Positions 26,150 through 39,374 of a DNA stretch of 64,000 nt are shown here, piece by piece. The translations under genes and the position numbers were made by a program. The notes under the pieces were generated by a model. That model did not search any database, had not been told where the DNA came from, and worked only from the letters and a program-made list of their open reading frames with translations. This DNA is from Psammoneis japonica (Eukaryota): NCBI GenBank assembly GCA_008632985.1, contig QPGO01000005.1, positions 372,001 to 436,000 of the forward strand, read 5' to 3'. Numbering within the stretch: position 1 is the stretch's first letter; every line of letters starts with the position of its first letter.

Positions 26150-29100
26150 AACACTTTTGAAAAAGGACCACAAATTCCCTCCAACCATGAGCATCACAAT
26201 TTGAGAATGACACCAAATTTGTGCGACAGCCTGCATGCATGCATCTGATGAAAAACATGCGGTGTCGCCATTGCAAAAAAAAGGGAGTCGTTGTTCGCTT
26301 CCTTCTCATGGCAAGTGGCACCTACGGCATCACTGCCAACTGCATTTGCTCCCTCTAGTTTGTCCCATCCACATTGCAAAGACACTGAGGATCTCACAAT
26401 GGTTGGCAAAGAATGCGTTGTTCAAGGTGACGAGGCACTGTCCAAAGATCTCAGGCGTGTGACGTTGACTGTTGATGAGTGCAACAAGAAAGCAGAAACT
26501 CGCGGCAGCTCCAGCAAGAGAACAGTGGGGTGTGACACAAATGAGCATGCACAGATGTGTTGCAGGAGAACGAGTGCAAGAAAAAGAAAAGGAAAAAACT
26601 GCTAGAGTCCTCAGCACAGCAGAGGAGAAATCATCCAATGATGGCAGTGCTGATGATGATGACACTCCTGACAATGATGCTGTGCCTTCCAATGATTTGA
26701 CCGCTGTTGTTGTCGCCTTCTGGGATGACACGTCCACATGGAACCTGTTCAATGCAGATGATGGAGAGGATGCAAAAAAGGCAATCAAGAAACAGACAGA
26801 TGAGTTGGCAGCTGGATTTTCTTTTCATGATGGATGGAAAGAAGTGATTGAAGGAGGTGATCCTGACAACCTGTGCACACCCAACAATGCTCATGTGATT
26901 CGATTGCAATGCCAGCATCTTGCAATCATGCTCAACTGTGCATTGAAGAAGCCACCAAAAAGGAACACTGCATGGCTTGACTGCTGTCAGCATGCAATTG
27001 ATGACCTCAATGGCACAGGTGTTAACTTTGTAAAAAGTCACCAAACCGCAGCTGCGTGGTGTTGCATCTTTAGAAATCTTAGTTCCTTTCCTCATCCCCA
27101 ACCAAAAGGAAAAGGTGACCCACCGACATTTGAAGCATGTCCAAAGATGAAGCGGAAATTCATTGAGTTTGTGACAGCAAACCTTTCTCGACTTTCTGCT
27201 GAGGTGGCCACAGATCACTTCCATGAAGTGCTTGTCCTGGAATTCTTAAAGAGAGAGAACAACAACCATCACAAGAATGGGGAAGACATCATGGAGTCAG
27301 AATGGCGGGAGTTCCTGTGAATCAGTGCAGATTGCTCACTGGGGAAAACCAACTGTGCACTTCTTCAGATGCAGTTTCCAACTGGATGAATCTGTTTGGT
27401 TTCCAGTGTGGGCCAAACAAAAAGATGCATGTGTTGATGATCATGAACATCCTGACAACATGAGGTGTGGAATGTGATGATCCATCAACATTTGATGAAA
27501 GAAGAACAAACCCTGTGTTGGATGTAACTTCCAAAAGCAACTGTCATGGTCCTTGTTGAAGCTGAAGCTCTCCCAGCAAAAATGGGGCATGAACACCAAG
27601 TCAATGGAGAAGATTTTATCGAGTGTCATGTCAATGCCATCGTTGACCTGGAAAGCATCATGCCCAAGCTGTCTGTGCAATTTCGTGGAAGTGAAAGTGT
27701 GAGAAAGGAGCCCAGTGTAAAGCCTCTCATGACATTTGGACAGGATGAGGCCATTTTTAAGCAATGCTTGCCAAGCACAAGCAGCTGGTTGGGTCCCAAA
27801 GGTGAGTGGCCACTGCTGCCCAAAGATGATGGAGAAGGCATGATGCAATCTCTGCTCCAATGTCACAAGGTTGGCCTCATTTGCAATGAAGACATTTTGG
27901 AAGAGCAGCTCAGAGAGACAAATGAAGCTGGAGCAGGCAAATGCCACACTGATGAAGATGCTGCAGAAGCAGTGTTCAACAAGAAGCAGCATGAGCCAAA
28001 GTTGAAGAAAAGTCCATTCCTCCACAAGTTTGAGCATGGAGCAAATGACGACAGATGCTGGAATTGCGATCACATGCTGGTGCGATTGGAGGATTGCAAT
28101 CTCATGCTGGTGCAATTGGAGGACTGCATGGATTGCTTGAAAGTGCTGTGTCACAATTTGTTGCCACTTCCTTTTTGATCATTCTTGCAGGCACAATGAG
28201 CAGAGAGTGGACAGACTGATCTGTGACAAGCACATGATGAATGCAGGAGTTGGCGGCAGTCAGAACAAGATGCACCCTTCTGGGATTCTTCAGGCAGAGG
28301 GTTTTCCAGGTTCTCATGCCAAAGCTGTTGGCATGTCATCTGCAGGACAAGTGCAAACAATGGCATTCAGTGAGGAAGACCAGGAGCCATGCTGGATGAT
28401 GCCAGAAGAATGAGAAGCAGAGAAATGTGACGCACCTGCAGAGAGACAAACTGAAACTTGGAAGTTCCTGTGTGATGAAATTTTTGACAAGCTTCTACAA
28501 AAGAACATCAAGAACGTCAGGGGTGAGAAAAAGGATGAGTTGATTGACACAGCAAAGAGCAGCAACACACCTGTCAAAGAAACCATTCAAAAGGCAAAGC
28601 ATGGATGGGCCGACAATCCAAAAGGATCAAAGCAAATTTTGCGTGAGCGAGGATGGATTGATCCCAACAACCCTGGAAAATGCACTGTGGATGGCACAAA
28701 GGGCAACAATGGAGAGATCGACAAGCCAACATCTCTCCTTCACTTGATGGCTGCTTGCAATGATTTTGTCAACAAAGAGACGTTGTTGCAAACGATGGGT
28801 CACAAAATGGGTGTGGCCATTGACAGAATGCCAAAGTGTCACCCAGAAATGGCTGGGGGGGCATTGAATGTTCTTGGGGACTTGCAAAGCAGTGTTGTCA
28901 TTTGAAACCTTTGTCAAGAAAGAGGGGAAAGCAAAATTTTAGAGAGTTGGCACAAGAGTCAATGTCATCAACTGCGCTCATGACTGACAGGGTGCGAAAG
29001 TTTTTGCAATGAGCACAATGACACATTTGTGCTTGCATGGTTCTTTCACACAACCTGATGTGTCTGAAGAGGTCAAGCATGGAGCCTTGTCTCCAGAGAC

Positions 29101-29200
29101 TGTTGAAAAGCTTGTCAAAGACTTCAAAATGCACCGCATTGTGATTGATTTTGACAAGGCTTTCATTGTGAGGAAACTTTTTGCAGGGTGAAAAGATGCT
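26150..29200 (+). mobile_element. Decayed DDE DNA transposon, IS630/Tc1-mariner-like transposase
   Basis: FGQDEAIFKQ (D1), FLFDHSCRH (D2, about 28167), KGSKQILRERGWID, and PKCHPEMAG preceding the catalytic E region. Many frameshifts and stops. TIRs not identified. Confidence 0.75.
28073..28127 (+). repeat. Short in-frame tandem duplication (about 30 bp) in the transposase
   Basis: catgctggtgcgattggaggattgc / catgctggtgcaattggaggactgc giving MLVRLEDC, MLVQLEDC. Confidence 0.85.
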
Positions 29201-29829
29201 TTTTTCTGGGAAATAAAACAATTTAGAAACTGGGTGCACCATGTTTACAATGTTGCTGGCAAATTTGCCATGGCTTTTTGCATGCAAAATAAATTTTCCT
29301 GCCAGCCATGCAGGACTGAGGCAATTGCACAATGAGCTGATGGATGGCAAGATGATTTGACTTTCTGATTTTTTTGTGCTGGAAATTTTGTGCGCGCTAC
29401 ATGCATCATCACTAAAAATCGGTGACATGATGGTGGCATGTTGTTGCAATGTTGGTCATGTCAGCCACATGTTCAAGAGTTTTTTGTCTTTATGGACATT
29501 CAGTTTGTCATGTTTGTGGATGTGTTCAGCCATGAAAGTCCCCGCCATGAACATCTGTTTGATGGAAAAACGTCGCACCAATGCCGAGCTCTGTTTTCGA
29601 CCTGTCACTGTCATGCACTCATCATTGAATGATTGAGACTTCATCTGGGGGACTTTCTTTACACATTTGTGCTTTAAACAGTGTTGTTGGTCATTGTGAC
29701 AAGTGCCCATTGCAAAGCTGTCCTGCAAGAGCTTCAGAAAAATGCCATCGTCATCATCGGCATCGACGGCAATTTGTCACGCAAATTGCAAAAAATGCAT
29801 GACTGTCATCTGTCCAACATTGCGCTGCT

Positions 29830-30070
29830 GTGTGCACATTGTGCGCACACCTTGGTGCAACATTTGGGTTGGTTGCAGGAAACGTAGTGTCGCCACTGCA
29901 AGAAAAAAAAGGCAGTCATTCCTTGCTTCCTTCTCATGGCAAGTGGCACCAAAGGTGTCACTGCCAACTGCATTCATTCCCTCCAGTTTGTCCCATTTGC
30001 ATTGCAAGACACTGAGGATGTCACAATGGTTGACAAAGAGCGCATTGTGCAAGGTGAAAAGGCACTGACC
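29830..30070 (+). repeat. Second partial copy of the 5' part of the DDE element (matches about 26200-26445)
   Basis: Shared gcttccttctcatggcaagtggcacc...tcactgccaactgcatt...agtttgtcccat...gacactgaggat(c/g)tcacaatggttg. Confidence 0.85.
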
Positions 30071-30469
30071 CAAGCAGATCAGAAAGATGATGCGGGTGAT
30101 TCTGGAGTTTCTGACATGAAGAAAAAGATGCAATGGCTCTCTGGTGCATTTGACAAGAAGAAAGAAGATGCTGCAGATCGTGCCCCTCAGCCTGCAAAGA
30201 AAGGGGAAGGCTCACTTGTCAGCTCATGCATGAAATGGCTTGACAAGACCAACAAAAAAAGGAGAAAGAAATGGCAACAAGTCCACAAGGAAAACCAACA
30301 GGGTTGCAACTTGTCAAGGATCAAATGAAGTGGCTCAATGAGACAAACAAGAAGGAGGAATCTCCCAGGAAAGGTGACTCTGTGAGGTTCAAATGAGTTC
30401 AATGCTTGCAAAAGATTGTGTGAAATGGCTGGATGAAGCAATCAAAACAAAACAAAACAAAACCTCTGT

Positions 30470-32900
30470 GTTTAAAGTGCTGCTGTGCTTCCACCCTGCA
30501 ACTCTGGCAACAAGCCAACCCACACCCCCAACACACTGATGTGTGGCAGGAGCATGTGGCAATCAGCCAGATTCAGCATCCCCCATGGGAGATGCCATGC
30601 CAAAGTGGCTGACGATGGTTCTTGTGCCTCTCTGGCAGCCAAACATTTGGCTTCTTTTGTGCTGGACTCAAACATGGGTTTGACCATGGCCAGCCAATTG
30701 CAAAGGCAGTGAGTGGAGTGCAGAAGATGTTCATCAACCAAGTCGAACAACTGCAATTGATCCTTTGCCAGGTGGCCACCCTTGCGCAAATGTGTTGCTT
30801 TCACCTCTGCTTCTGCATTGTGATGTTGCAACAATTTTTCTGGTCTCTGAATCACAGCCATGTGCGGCATCATCATTGTGGTCATCCCACAGCTCCCGCC
30901 ATTGCTCCCATGTGTGATTGCCTGCTGTGGCAGCCCAATCCAGGCGTTGCTCTCATTCAGACAAACTCTGACATGTGCCGCTGGCCAGCAGACACAAAAA
31001 TTGAGTTTTGTTCCACAAAGTGGAGAGTCTGCCACTGAAAATTTGATGCCAACCAATGTCCTCTTGAGATCAGAAGACTGCTGCCATGCTGTGATGGAGG
31101 CCCTCTGCATGCAACATCTCATTTTGGAACCACGACTCAAGAGCGGTCAAGCGCAAGTCATGCAAGGATGGAGAAGCATTTGTGTCATCACATTTCTTGC
31201 AGAGTCTGAGTGAGAATGTCCTGCACCAAGCTTTGTTGTGAGGGCAATGGAGAATGTGATCTCCATCCTCCACAGGATGTTGACAATGCATGCAGCAGTC
31301 CAGACAGGTTGGGTTGTGTTGGTGAACTGTCTTGTTTGTTGGCAAGAGATCCTGAATCAACTTGACAGTGCTCACTTTCTGGTGGATTTTCCTTGACAAT
31401 GGCTTTGCGTGCACTTTCCAATTGATGGAGTTGTGTGCTGCATCCGTCCAACCATTCTTGTCCTTCATGTGGCTGACAAGAGCCAGGGCGGCTGGAAGCT
31501 TCAAATCAAAGAGTGGACTTAAAGTTTGATGATGCAGCGGAATCCTGAACAACCAAGTTTGCAAGACAATGAGGCATGCAAGGAGCCAGCAGAGTGTCAC
31601 CAGAACAGTGACCTTGGCATCAACCAGCCAGTTTGTCAGCCCACACTTTCAACTTGGCTGGCAATGACAGAGCATCATACAGAGTGTTGTCGTCCTGATG
31701 GCCTTTAACCCAGAAGACCTTTGCTTCAGTGCCAGAGCAATCATTGGCTGAGACACCCGAGATCTGCTCTAACAACAGGTGCATTTTGTGAAGAACATCC
31801 CATTCAGCGGCAAGAGAGTTTGCAGTGTGATGGCAGATGAAGCAATCTTGATTAGAGTCTGTCTCTTCCTCATTGGGAGGCAGCGGAGGTGTGGCTTGGA
31901 AATTGGACATGTTGCAGACCAAGGAGGAGTTGTTGCAGCACAGGTGCACTCCAAGACCAAAACCTCTGTGACAGCATTGCATCAGTCTGAAAAGAAAGCA
32001 AAGAACAGATGAGAGCCCATGTGCTTTGGCCCCATGTGATGAGGGACAAAAACTGAATGCTGGTCCAGCACAATCAACTGACAGTGTGCCATCCATGGAC
32101 AAGGTCCAGCCGAATGTGCCTTGAAATTCAACCACGGAACCGTCGCTTCCAACAGAGGCTCGGGAAGAGGCTGGTGGCTCAGCAATCTTGAAGACAGGTC
32201 AATGCACAGCAATGTCTTCAAACAACAGTGACTCCCAAGGTGGAAGGGCCTGTGGCATCGATGCAAACAACGTCGTGCATGCCTCATGGAACTTTGCCGC
32301 ATCTTGAGTCTGCCACTGTTGGGGAGCAGGGGGTGTGGTGAGGAGCAAACTGACTCTGCAGGGAGATGATCATGTGCTTGAGAATGGCAAAGACAAGACT
32401 TTCAGCTTTTCCAAGGGGACTCTGTTGGCAATTCATGGTCTAAACTGATGGGAGCAATTTGCAATGGAATGAAAACAAACAGCGCCACCAAATCATTGGT
32501 GCTGGGTCATGCCAGCTGCCAGCAGTGCTGCTGCTGTGCAGCAATTGGCACAAAGAAGAAGCTTGCGCAGCAGCCAACCCATGCTGGTTGCTTGCAACAA
32601 ACCTTGGACATCATTCAGTCATGCCTTGTGGCATGCTGGGAGCTGCTCTGCAGCAAAACACAGCATCTTTGGTTGACAGGGCCGCGCCAGTGCTTTCACC
32701 CAGAGCCCAGAGCAATGATGCTGCACACTTCTGGTTGCTGCCATTCTCCACATTCCACTGCACAGCAGGCAAAAAGTTGCTGCAGGTCAATCTCAATGAG
32801 GGACTCACTTGGCTGGAGGTGGTGGACTTGCAAAAACCAGTCAGTCTCTCGCTCTGACACACCACCTCCTGCTTTTTTGGCCCGTTGAGCCCATGGACCA
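30470..32900 (-). mobile_element. 5'-truncated non-LTR retrotransposon (diatom Ambal-like) remnant: RNase H and C-terminal Cys/His knuckle; RT domain not recognised
   Basis: SDGSVVEFQGTFGWTLS...CAGPA...SSHGAKAHGLSSVLCFL, LCCNNSSLV, FWVKGHQDD...ADKLA, KNGWT...INWKVH, CMHCQHPVEDGDHILHCP. (AAAAC)4 at about 30444-30463 marks the 3' junction. Confidence 0.8.
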
Positions 32901-34161
32901 CTTTGGCCTCTCAGGGGAAAGGAGGGCCATGTGAGAGTGTTGCAAACAAGCAGCACATGAGGTGGAGCTGAGACTCCAGAGACAACCATGAGATCCTGGC
33001 TGGCATCTCCCACTTGGCCAGCAACCATGCTGGCTGCCATGATCCTGAAATGTGACAGAGTTGTGGGCCCAGCATGGCCCTGCTTGCATCACAGCCAACA
33101 ACCTCCCAAGGTGCAGCACATCCTGCTGCCACACCATTTTTCCATGCAAATGTGGTGACACAGCCACACCCCAGTGGCGTGAGAGTGTTGAAACACAAGC
33201 AAGCACCAGTCAAATGGAGTGGCAGCAGTGTGACAAGTGTGCCATCAGCAGGTGGAAGAAAAGCCCAAAGTTGTCTGCAAAAAGAAGGAAACAAAACAAC
33301 ACACAAAGCAACAATGAGGAACCATGCCCACATTTTTTGCCCACTGCTTGCAAATGACTTGTGCAACATTGACCTTCGTCCTCTTAGATTGCTTTGGATT
33401 TCTCAGAAAGACTTGGATGGCAAGATGAGGTTGTTTTTGCTCTTCCCTTGAACCTTCACCAGATGGCTTGGTCCTTTTCTTTGGAAGGCTCTTGGCATCA
33501 AACTGTCCAGGAAAGCAAAGAGAAGAGATCGTTGTAGACACACAAGTGGCTGTCACCTGAAGGAGGCATGCTGAAAGAAAAAAAGCAGCACTCAGGGTTT
33601 TTGTCTGGAAAAGCACAGCTGCTCTTTTGTTCACAATTAAAATTTGATCAATGAGAAGCCTGTGTTCTTGTCAAGTGGGAGTGCTCATTCATTGTGAACA
33701 AATTGACTGTGACAATCAACCAAATTGGCAAAGTGGGAAACAAGACTTGAGGAAATTTGGCCTCACAGCACATGGCTCTTGACAAGATCTGTTTTGAACT
33801 CAACCACAGCGCAACAATTGTGGACAATTGAGCATCAATTGTCAACTGAGTTGGTGAAGCAGGAAACCACAATGAGTTAAAAATGGTTAATTTCTGTGCA
33901 CAAACACCCAGGTTGATCCAATTGGTTGTTGTTGTTTGCTGGCTCTAGCTTGCCAACATTTTGAGTTGTTTGTTTGTTGACCAGAGTGCATTTTGCAACT
34001 TTGGTTTCTGACAATGTTTGCTTTCTGCCCTTGTGCAATGTTTGACATTTGGCACATGCTCTCATTCTTCTGTGCTGTTGCCTTTGCTCCTCCCTCTGTT
34101 TTCCAAGCTGCTGCCCCATTGTCTGTCCCATCATTGTCTCTTGCAGTCTGTCTTGCATCTT

Positions 34162-34376
34162 GGGCCTGTTCCAGCTCCAGGTGCTCCGCGCGGGTTCGAT
34201 TCCCATCATTTGGAAATTTGTGCATTCAGCGCAACACTTTGCGTGTGTTTTCGGGTGTACACTCACCTTTCGATTTTCGAAACGATCAAAATTGAAGGAG
34301 TTAATTGCGCTAAACTGCACAGAAAATTGGCCTCTCGCGTGATGAAAAGCAGAGCACCTGGAGCTGGAACAGGCCC
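34162..34376. mobile_element. 215-bp MITE with perfect 25-bp terminal inverted repeats (PIF/Harbinger-Tourist-like ends)
   Basis: 34162-34186 gggcctgttccagctccaggtgctc is the exact reverse complement of 34352-34376 gagcacctggagctggaacaggccc. TSD not cleanly resolved. Confidence 0.8.
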
Positions 34377-35199
34377 TTGGTGTCCTTGGTTGTGTCGGCA
34401 TCACATCATGCTCCAATCTTTTGTGTGTTTCAAAGAGAGTCATTTTTGTGACAGCTTTTCATTGTGAGGTGTGAAAGCAAAATCCCTGGCAAAAAACAGC
34501 AGTGAAGTTGTCAGTTTGGCACAATTTCTTTGGCAATTGTGGCACAATCTGCTGATTCTGTTCATCTGTGTGCAATGTTGTGGCACATTGTTTCACATCC
34601 TTGGCAGTTTTTGTCAACTTGTCTGAGTTTCGAGAAATGACAAAAAGCACCAAATGAAAGCATCAGCTTGCTGTTGTTTGCTGCAAGCTGTCTGCTTCCA
34701 TGTCACACTTCTGACCTTTTGCCTTTCCCATGGCATTTTTTGTTGGCATGTGCAAAGCCCTGGGTGTTGTTGGTGCCTTCTTGCAATGTCATCATTGCTT
34801 GTGTGCTGCTTGTGTGCACCCTGTGTTTTTGTGTTTTTTTGTGGTGGTGATCATGTGCCTTTTTGCCATGGAGCCAAGCCAGTCAGCCTGACAATCATTG
34901 TCTGTGTCATCATTTTGCAAGTTGTCATTCACAAAAAAAAGCCTTTTGTTGCAGCCAATTTTGAAGTTCACAGGTTGTTTGAATCAACTTAGATGAACCA
35001 CTTTGTTGGTTTTCATTGCTTTGCTGTTTTGGTTGTGGCTGTGAGTTCTCATTTGTTTGGCAGCTCGTGGATGTTGAACATTGCACCTCAATCAAATGAA
35101 GTGCATCTGTTTTCAAAGAAGATTTGTGTCTCAGTTTTCACAACCTCAACCAGCTCTTGTTGAGAATGAAATTTTCGCATTCATGCCAGTCTGCACAGC

Positions 35200-36630
35200 T
35201 TGTTTGTTCATTTGTTTGGGGGTGCTGTTGCAGCTGATCTTTGCAACTGGCCAATCCACACATGTGCAACAAAACAATCCCACAGGGCTGCAGAGAGGAA
35301 CAAGAGCAACAGCCCCCAGAGACATGGTGCACTGCAGCTGCAGCGCCTCCTGTCAATGCCAGCCCTCCCTGACAACTTGTGGCCCATGCCAGTGTGATCT
35401 CCAGCAGGTCAGTTCAGACTTGAGCTTCCCAGCTTCAGAGCAAAGTGGTGGCCCCATGATGGCACCAACCAACCCAACAAGCAACAGCAGACTGAGGGTG
35501 CTGGTGGTCTCCAGTGGACCCCCTGCAATGCTCCAAGAATTGTGGTTGAGTGTTGAGGACAAGCAGCGCAAGAAGGCTGGTGTTGTGCACTTGTGGCACC
35601 CTTCACATCCCCTCCCACCAGTGAGAAATGCACACTTCACAAGTCCCAACTCCAGCACAACAAGATCCCATGATGGCATCAGCCAACCTGACAAGAACTG
35701 CAAGCCGAGGGCACTGGCAGTGTCTGGTGTGGACCACAGGCAACACTTTGAGAACTGTGGCTGAACATTGCAAGGTTGATCTTCTTGTGGCATTGTGGCA
35801 CCATGCTGTCATCTTGTCCCCAACAGCAGAGTGCATGACTTTCCAAACTCTGCAGTGCAGGGATCCCATGACGGTGCCAGCCAACCTGACAACTGCAAAC
35901 TGAGGGCATTGGCATCTCTGGCAGATCCCAGGTGACACTTCAAGAGCTGTGGCTGGACATTGCAAGGTTGATGTTGTGGTGTTGAGTTCCATGTCCCATT
36001 GTCCCCACCCAACAGGGGCAGATTTGTGCCTCCAAACTCCAGAGTGAAAAGACCCCGTGACAGCACCAGCTGACCTGACAACAGCAAGCCAAGTGCATTT
36101 GTGATCTCTGGTGGACCCTGGGTGACCCTTTGAGCACTGCAGTTGGACATGCTTGAAAGGTTGATGTTGTGGTGTTCCATGTCACCTTGTCCCCCCCCCG
36201 ACATGAGCAGACCACTTGAACCCCCAAACTCCAGGATGAAGTGACCCCATGACAGTGCCAACCAACCTGACAACAGCAAGCTGAGGACACACTGGCAGTC
36301 TTTGGGGGGCTCAGGTGCAACTTTAAGAACTGTGGCTGAGCATTGCAAGGTCAATCTTGTGGCGCTGTGCTCCCATGTCATGTTGTGCTCAACAGCAGCA
36401 GACTGACTTTCCCAAATCCAGAGTCATGTGCAGCAATCCCATGATGGTGCTGCCAACCAACTCATCAACTTCTGGCAGAGGATGCTGGTGGTCTCTGGCA
36501 GGCCACAGGCAACACTTTGAAAATTGCGGCCAGGTGCTGACTGCAAGGGAGGTCAATCTTGTGGTGTTGTGGCCCCATGTCACCTTGTGTTCCCAACAGG
36601 AGCAGAGCTGAACTTCCAAACTCCAGAGTT
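35200..36630 (+). pseudogene. Decayed gene for a secreted-type protein with six tandem repeats of about 190-215 bp (about 64 aa)
   Basis: Units begin ccc(a/g)tga(t/c)(g/a)g..cc at about 35452, 35667, 35865, 36055, 36246, 36438 and read roughly PHDGxxQPDNSK.R.L.VSG...F(E/K)NCG..CKV. Upstream hydrophobic LFICLGVLLQLIFATG. Confidence 0.6.
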
Positions 36631-37939
36631 GCTTGTTCACAAAGGTTTTGATTGCTGAATGGCAGCGGGTGAGCAAAACTTCAAAAAACAAGGTGCTGGA
36701 AATGCCAGAAACATGGAGTTGTTTTGAAGTGGAAAATGGCTTGAGGGGAGAGTGGAGAAATCTGCATCAGCATTTTTGAAACAAGCTTGTCTTTGTTCAA
36801 AGCTGGCATGTTTCTTGCAGAGCAACAAAGAAGAGCTGCGCACACTGCACACAATTTGGTGTCTTCACTGGCAGAAATCCACTGCCACAGCTGAGACAAA
36901 GTGCAATGTGCAAGCAGCATGGACCAAAACAAAAACACAAGATCAAAATCACAAACATGTTGGCCCCAATGACTTGGCACCCCAAAAAGTGTTTGCATTG
37001 GCTTGTTGTCTGTTTGAAGGTTCAAAGTGGTGCTGAACAAAGCACAGATTGACCCACACTGTGAACTTTGTTGTGATGTTGGAATGCACCAAATTGTGGT
37101 GTGATGATGATGAGGCTGAGTTGGTTGATGAGCACTGGCAGCAAAACAGGAAGTGTGAAGGATGACAGGGATTGAATGATGACATGGACATTGTGGGGAA
37201 TGCTTGACATTGCTCATTGGGTCTGTGGGCAGAAGGAAAGGACTCAACTTTGCAGCTGTGTTGTCTGTCAAAAGGGGGCAGTTCAAGAACAAGAAGTTCA
37301 TTTTGAAAGGAAAGCCTTTTCATTGCTGTCAGATGTGATGAGGGCACAGTGAATTGTGACAGAGGTGTGCTGCCATTGTGCAAATGACAGATTGGCAGCT
37401 GAGTTGTGTGGTGCTTGATGCAACAAACAGACAAATGCACCAGCAGAAACACTGAAAAAATGCAATGGACAATCAAGCTGAAGCCCTGAAAAATGCATCA
37501 GCTCTGAACAAGATGCCAGGCTACAAAACAAAACATTGCAAATCTGTGACTGTTGGAAAAGTCAGCTGTCAACCTCAAATGACAACTTTGGCAATGCCAG
37601 ATTTGTGGCTAAAAATGAGCAAGTGTGAGAACATCATCCAGCAGCACAGCTGCAGTGACCACATTGGTTGACCTTGAAAAAATCATGACACCTGTGACCC
37701 TGTGGAGAGTGTGATCACAGGTTAAATTTTTTTGACTCTTGTTGATGGATCTTCTTGTTCAGAGCAAAAAGATGTCACAGATGTTTCCAAAGGGAAGGAC
37801 ATGCAACAACACGCACCAAGACTCAAACTGGCTTCAACTCCAGAATCTTGCTGCCAGCTGTGCCACAGTTCTCTCCCCCCCAGTCTTTTCCTGTCTTCCC
37901 AGCACAGTTTGATGATGCACATGCCACCCTGAGTTGCTC

Positions 37940-38630
37940 ACACCCTTGATTGTCTCAGAGTGGTCTCATGGTTGGCTCTCAGCACAGTGCAGTGCACTTG
38001 GTCAATGCCTTCATCTCATTTTGCTTTCCTTCAGCATTTGACAATGTGGTCTCTGTTTCTTCATCTGGCGGGCACAGCCAAGCCCAAGTTGTTGAATCAT
38101 CAACAGCAGAAACATCTCAGAGCACCCCAGGTAAATGTTGAGATGTGCTTTGCAAAAATGCACTTTTTGTCAAACTCATTTGTTTGGGTTATTTCCTGCA
38201 GCAGCAAAGTGGCTTCTTGCTCTGTTGCAACAAGTGTGGCACCATCAAATCATGGGAGCTGTGGCAGCACACACAATCTGGTGACCCCGCATCCTCATTT
38301 GGCATGTCTCTGCCAATCAGCTGGGTTGGGTTCACTGTTTCTTGTTCCAAGTCATCAGATGTGGTGGGTGGAGGAGCTGTGATCAAATGTGCTCTGCTCA
38401 GAGAAAAGTGCGCAGAGTTGACATGCCTGTCTGCTGCACCAAGCCAAGCACCACAAGAAACTTTGGGGTTGGAGTTGATCATGTCTGAGCCCAGCTACAA
38501 AGATTTTTCTTCATGATCTTCTGGCAACAGCAGTGTGATTGTTGGGACATTGTGCAGGTGCAACCCAATGTGGGACAGTGTCCCTGAGAGAAAAACAATG
38601 CTGTTGGCACAATTGCAGCTGAGCAAATGA
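37940..38630. repeat. Partial copy of an unidentified repeat family, matching about 42640-43380
   Basis: Shared ttcatctggc...cacagccaagcccaagttg, ctgg(g/a)ttgggtt...ttcttgttccaag, ttggagttga...ctgagc, gcacaattgcagctgagcaa (also at about 41445). Confidence 0.75.
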
Positions 38631-39374
38631 TCTCACACACTTTCTGTGTAAAAAGATTTTGAGAGCCCAAGGAGAGGAGGTGTGGGAGACATGAGGGGCA
38701 GAGCAGATAAAGGCATTGAAGTGGCAACCAAAATGGAGGGGGGGTCAGGTGGAGCAGAGAGAGAAGGCAGCAGAGTTGTGCAGGAGAGAGAGGCAACAAA
38801 GGGCAGGTTTTGGCCACAGCAACCTTGGGGGCACCAAAAGAGTTCTCAAGGCAGTTGTCAACACACAGGAGAAAGTTGTCAAAGGCAAAAAGGGAGCTGG
38901 GAACTTGAAAGACAAAAGGGAGGGGAGGTTTGCCAGCAGCTGCATGGTCACAGAGGTGTGCATGAATGCAAAAGACAAGAGCTGGGGATGGCATGTGAAT
39001 TTGGGGATTCACGGTGCAGGCAAGTGCAGGAAAGGAAAGAACAACAGGTTGGAAGCAGCGCCAAGCTCATGGAGGAAGCCTCAGTCCTGTGAGGAGGGCA
39101 AACAAAGAATGGGAGCCTGGGGGGAGAGGGGCCAAAGGATTGAAGAGAAATTGGGCAAAACAGGGTGGCAGCAGAAGGGTTGCAAATGGAGGAAGAAGGG
39201 GAGCAGGAAGAAGGCTCAGGTGGAGACAGCAATTGGAGGAAGGGCAGTGTGATGCCAAGCAATGTCTCACAAGTCCATGCCAGAGAGAGACCAGCACAGC
39301 CAAGGCAGAGGCAGATGTGGTGACAAGTTTTGAGGACACCAGGTTTGAGCAGAGTCAAAGAGTGGGGTGCAGGA

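Noticed and set aside
34187..34207. tRNA gene (GGTTCGATTCC B-box-like)
   Set aside because: No A-box, D-arm or cloverleaf could be built; it lies inside the MITE.
35452..36630. CRISPR array
   Set aside because: Units are diverged along their whole ~190-bp length with no unique spacers; no cas genes; eukaryotic context.
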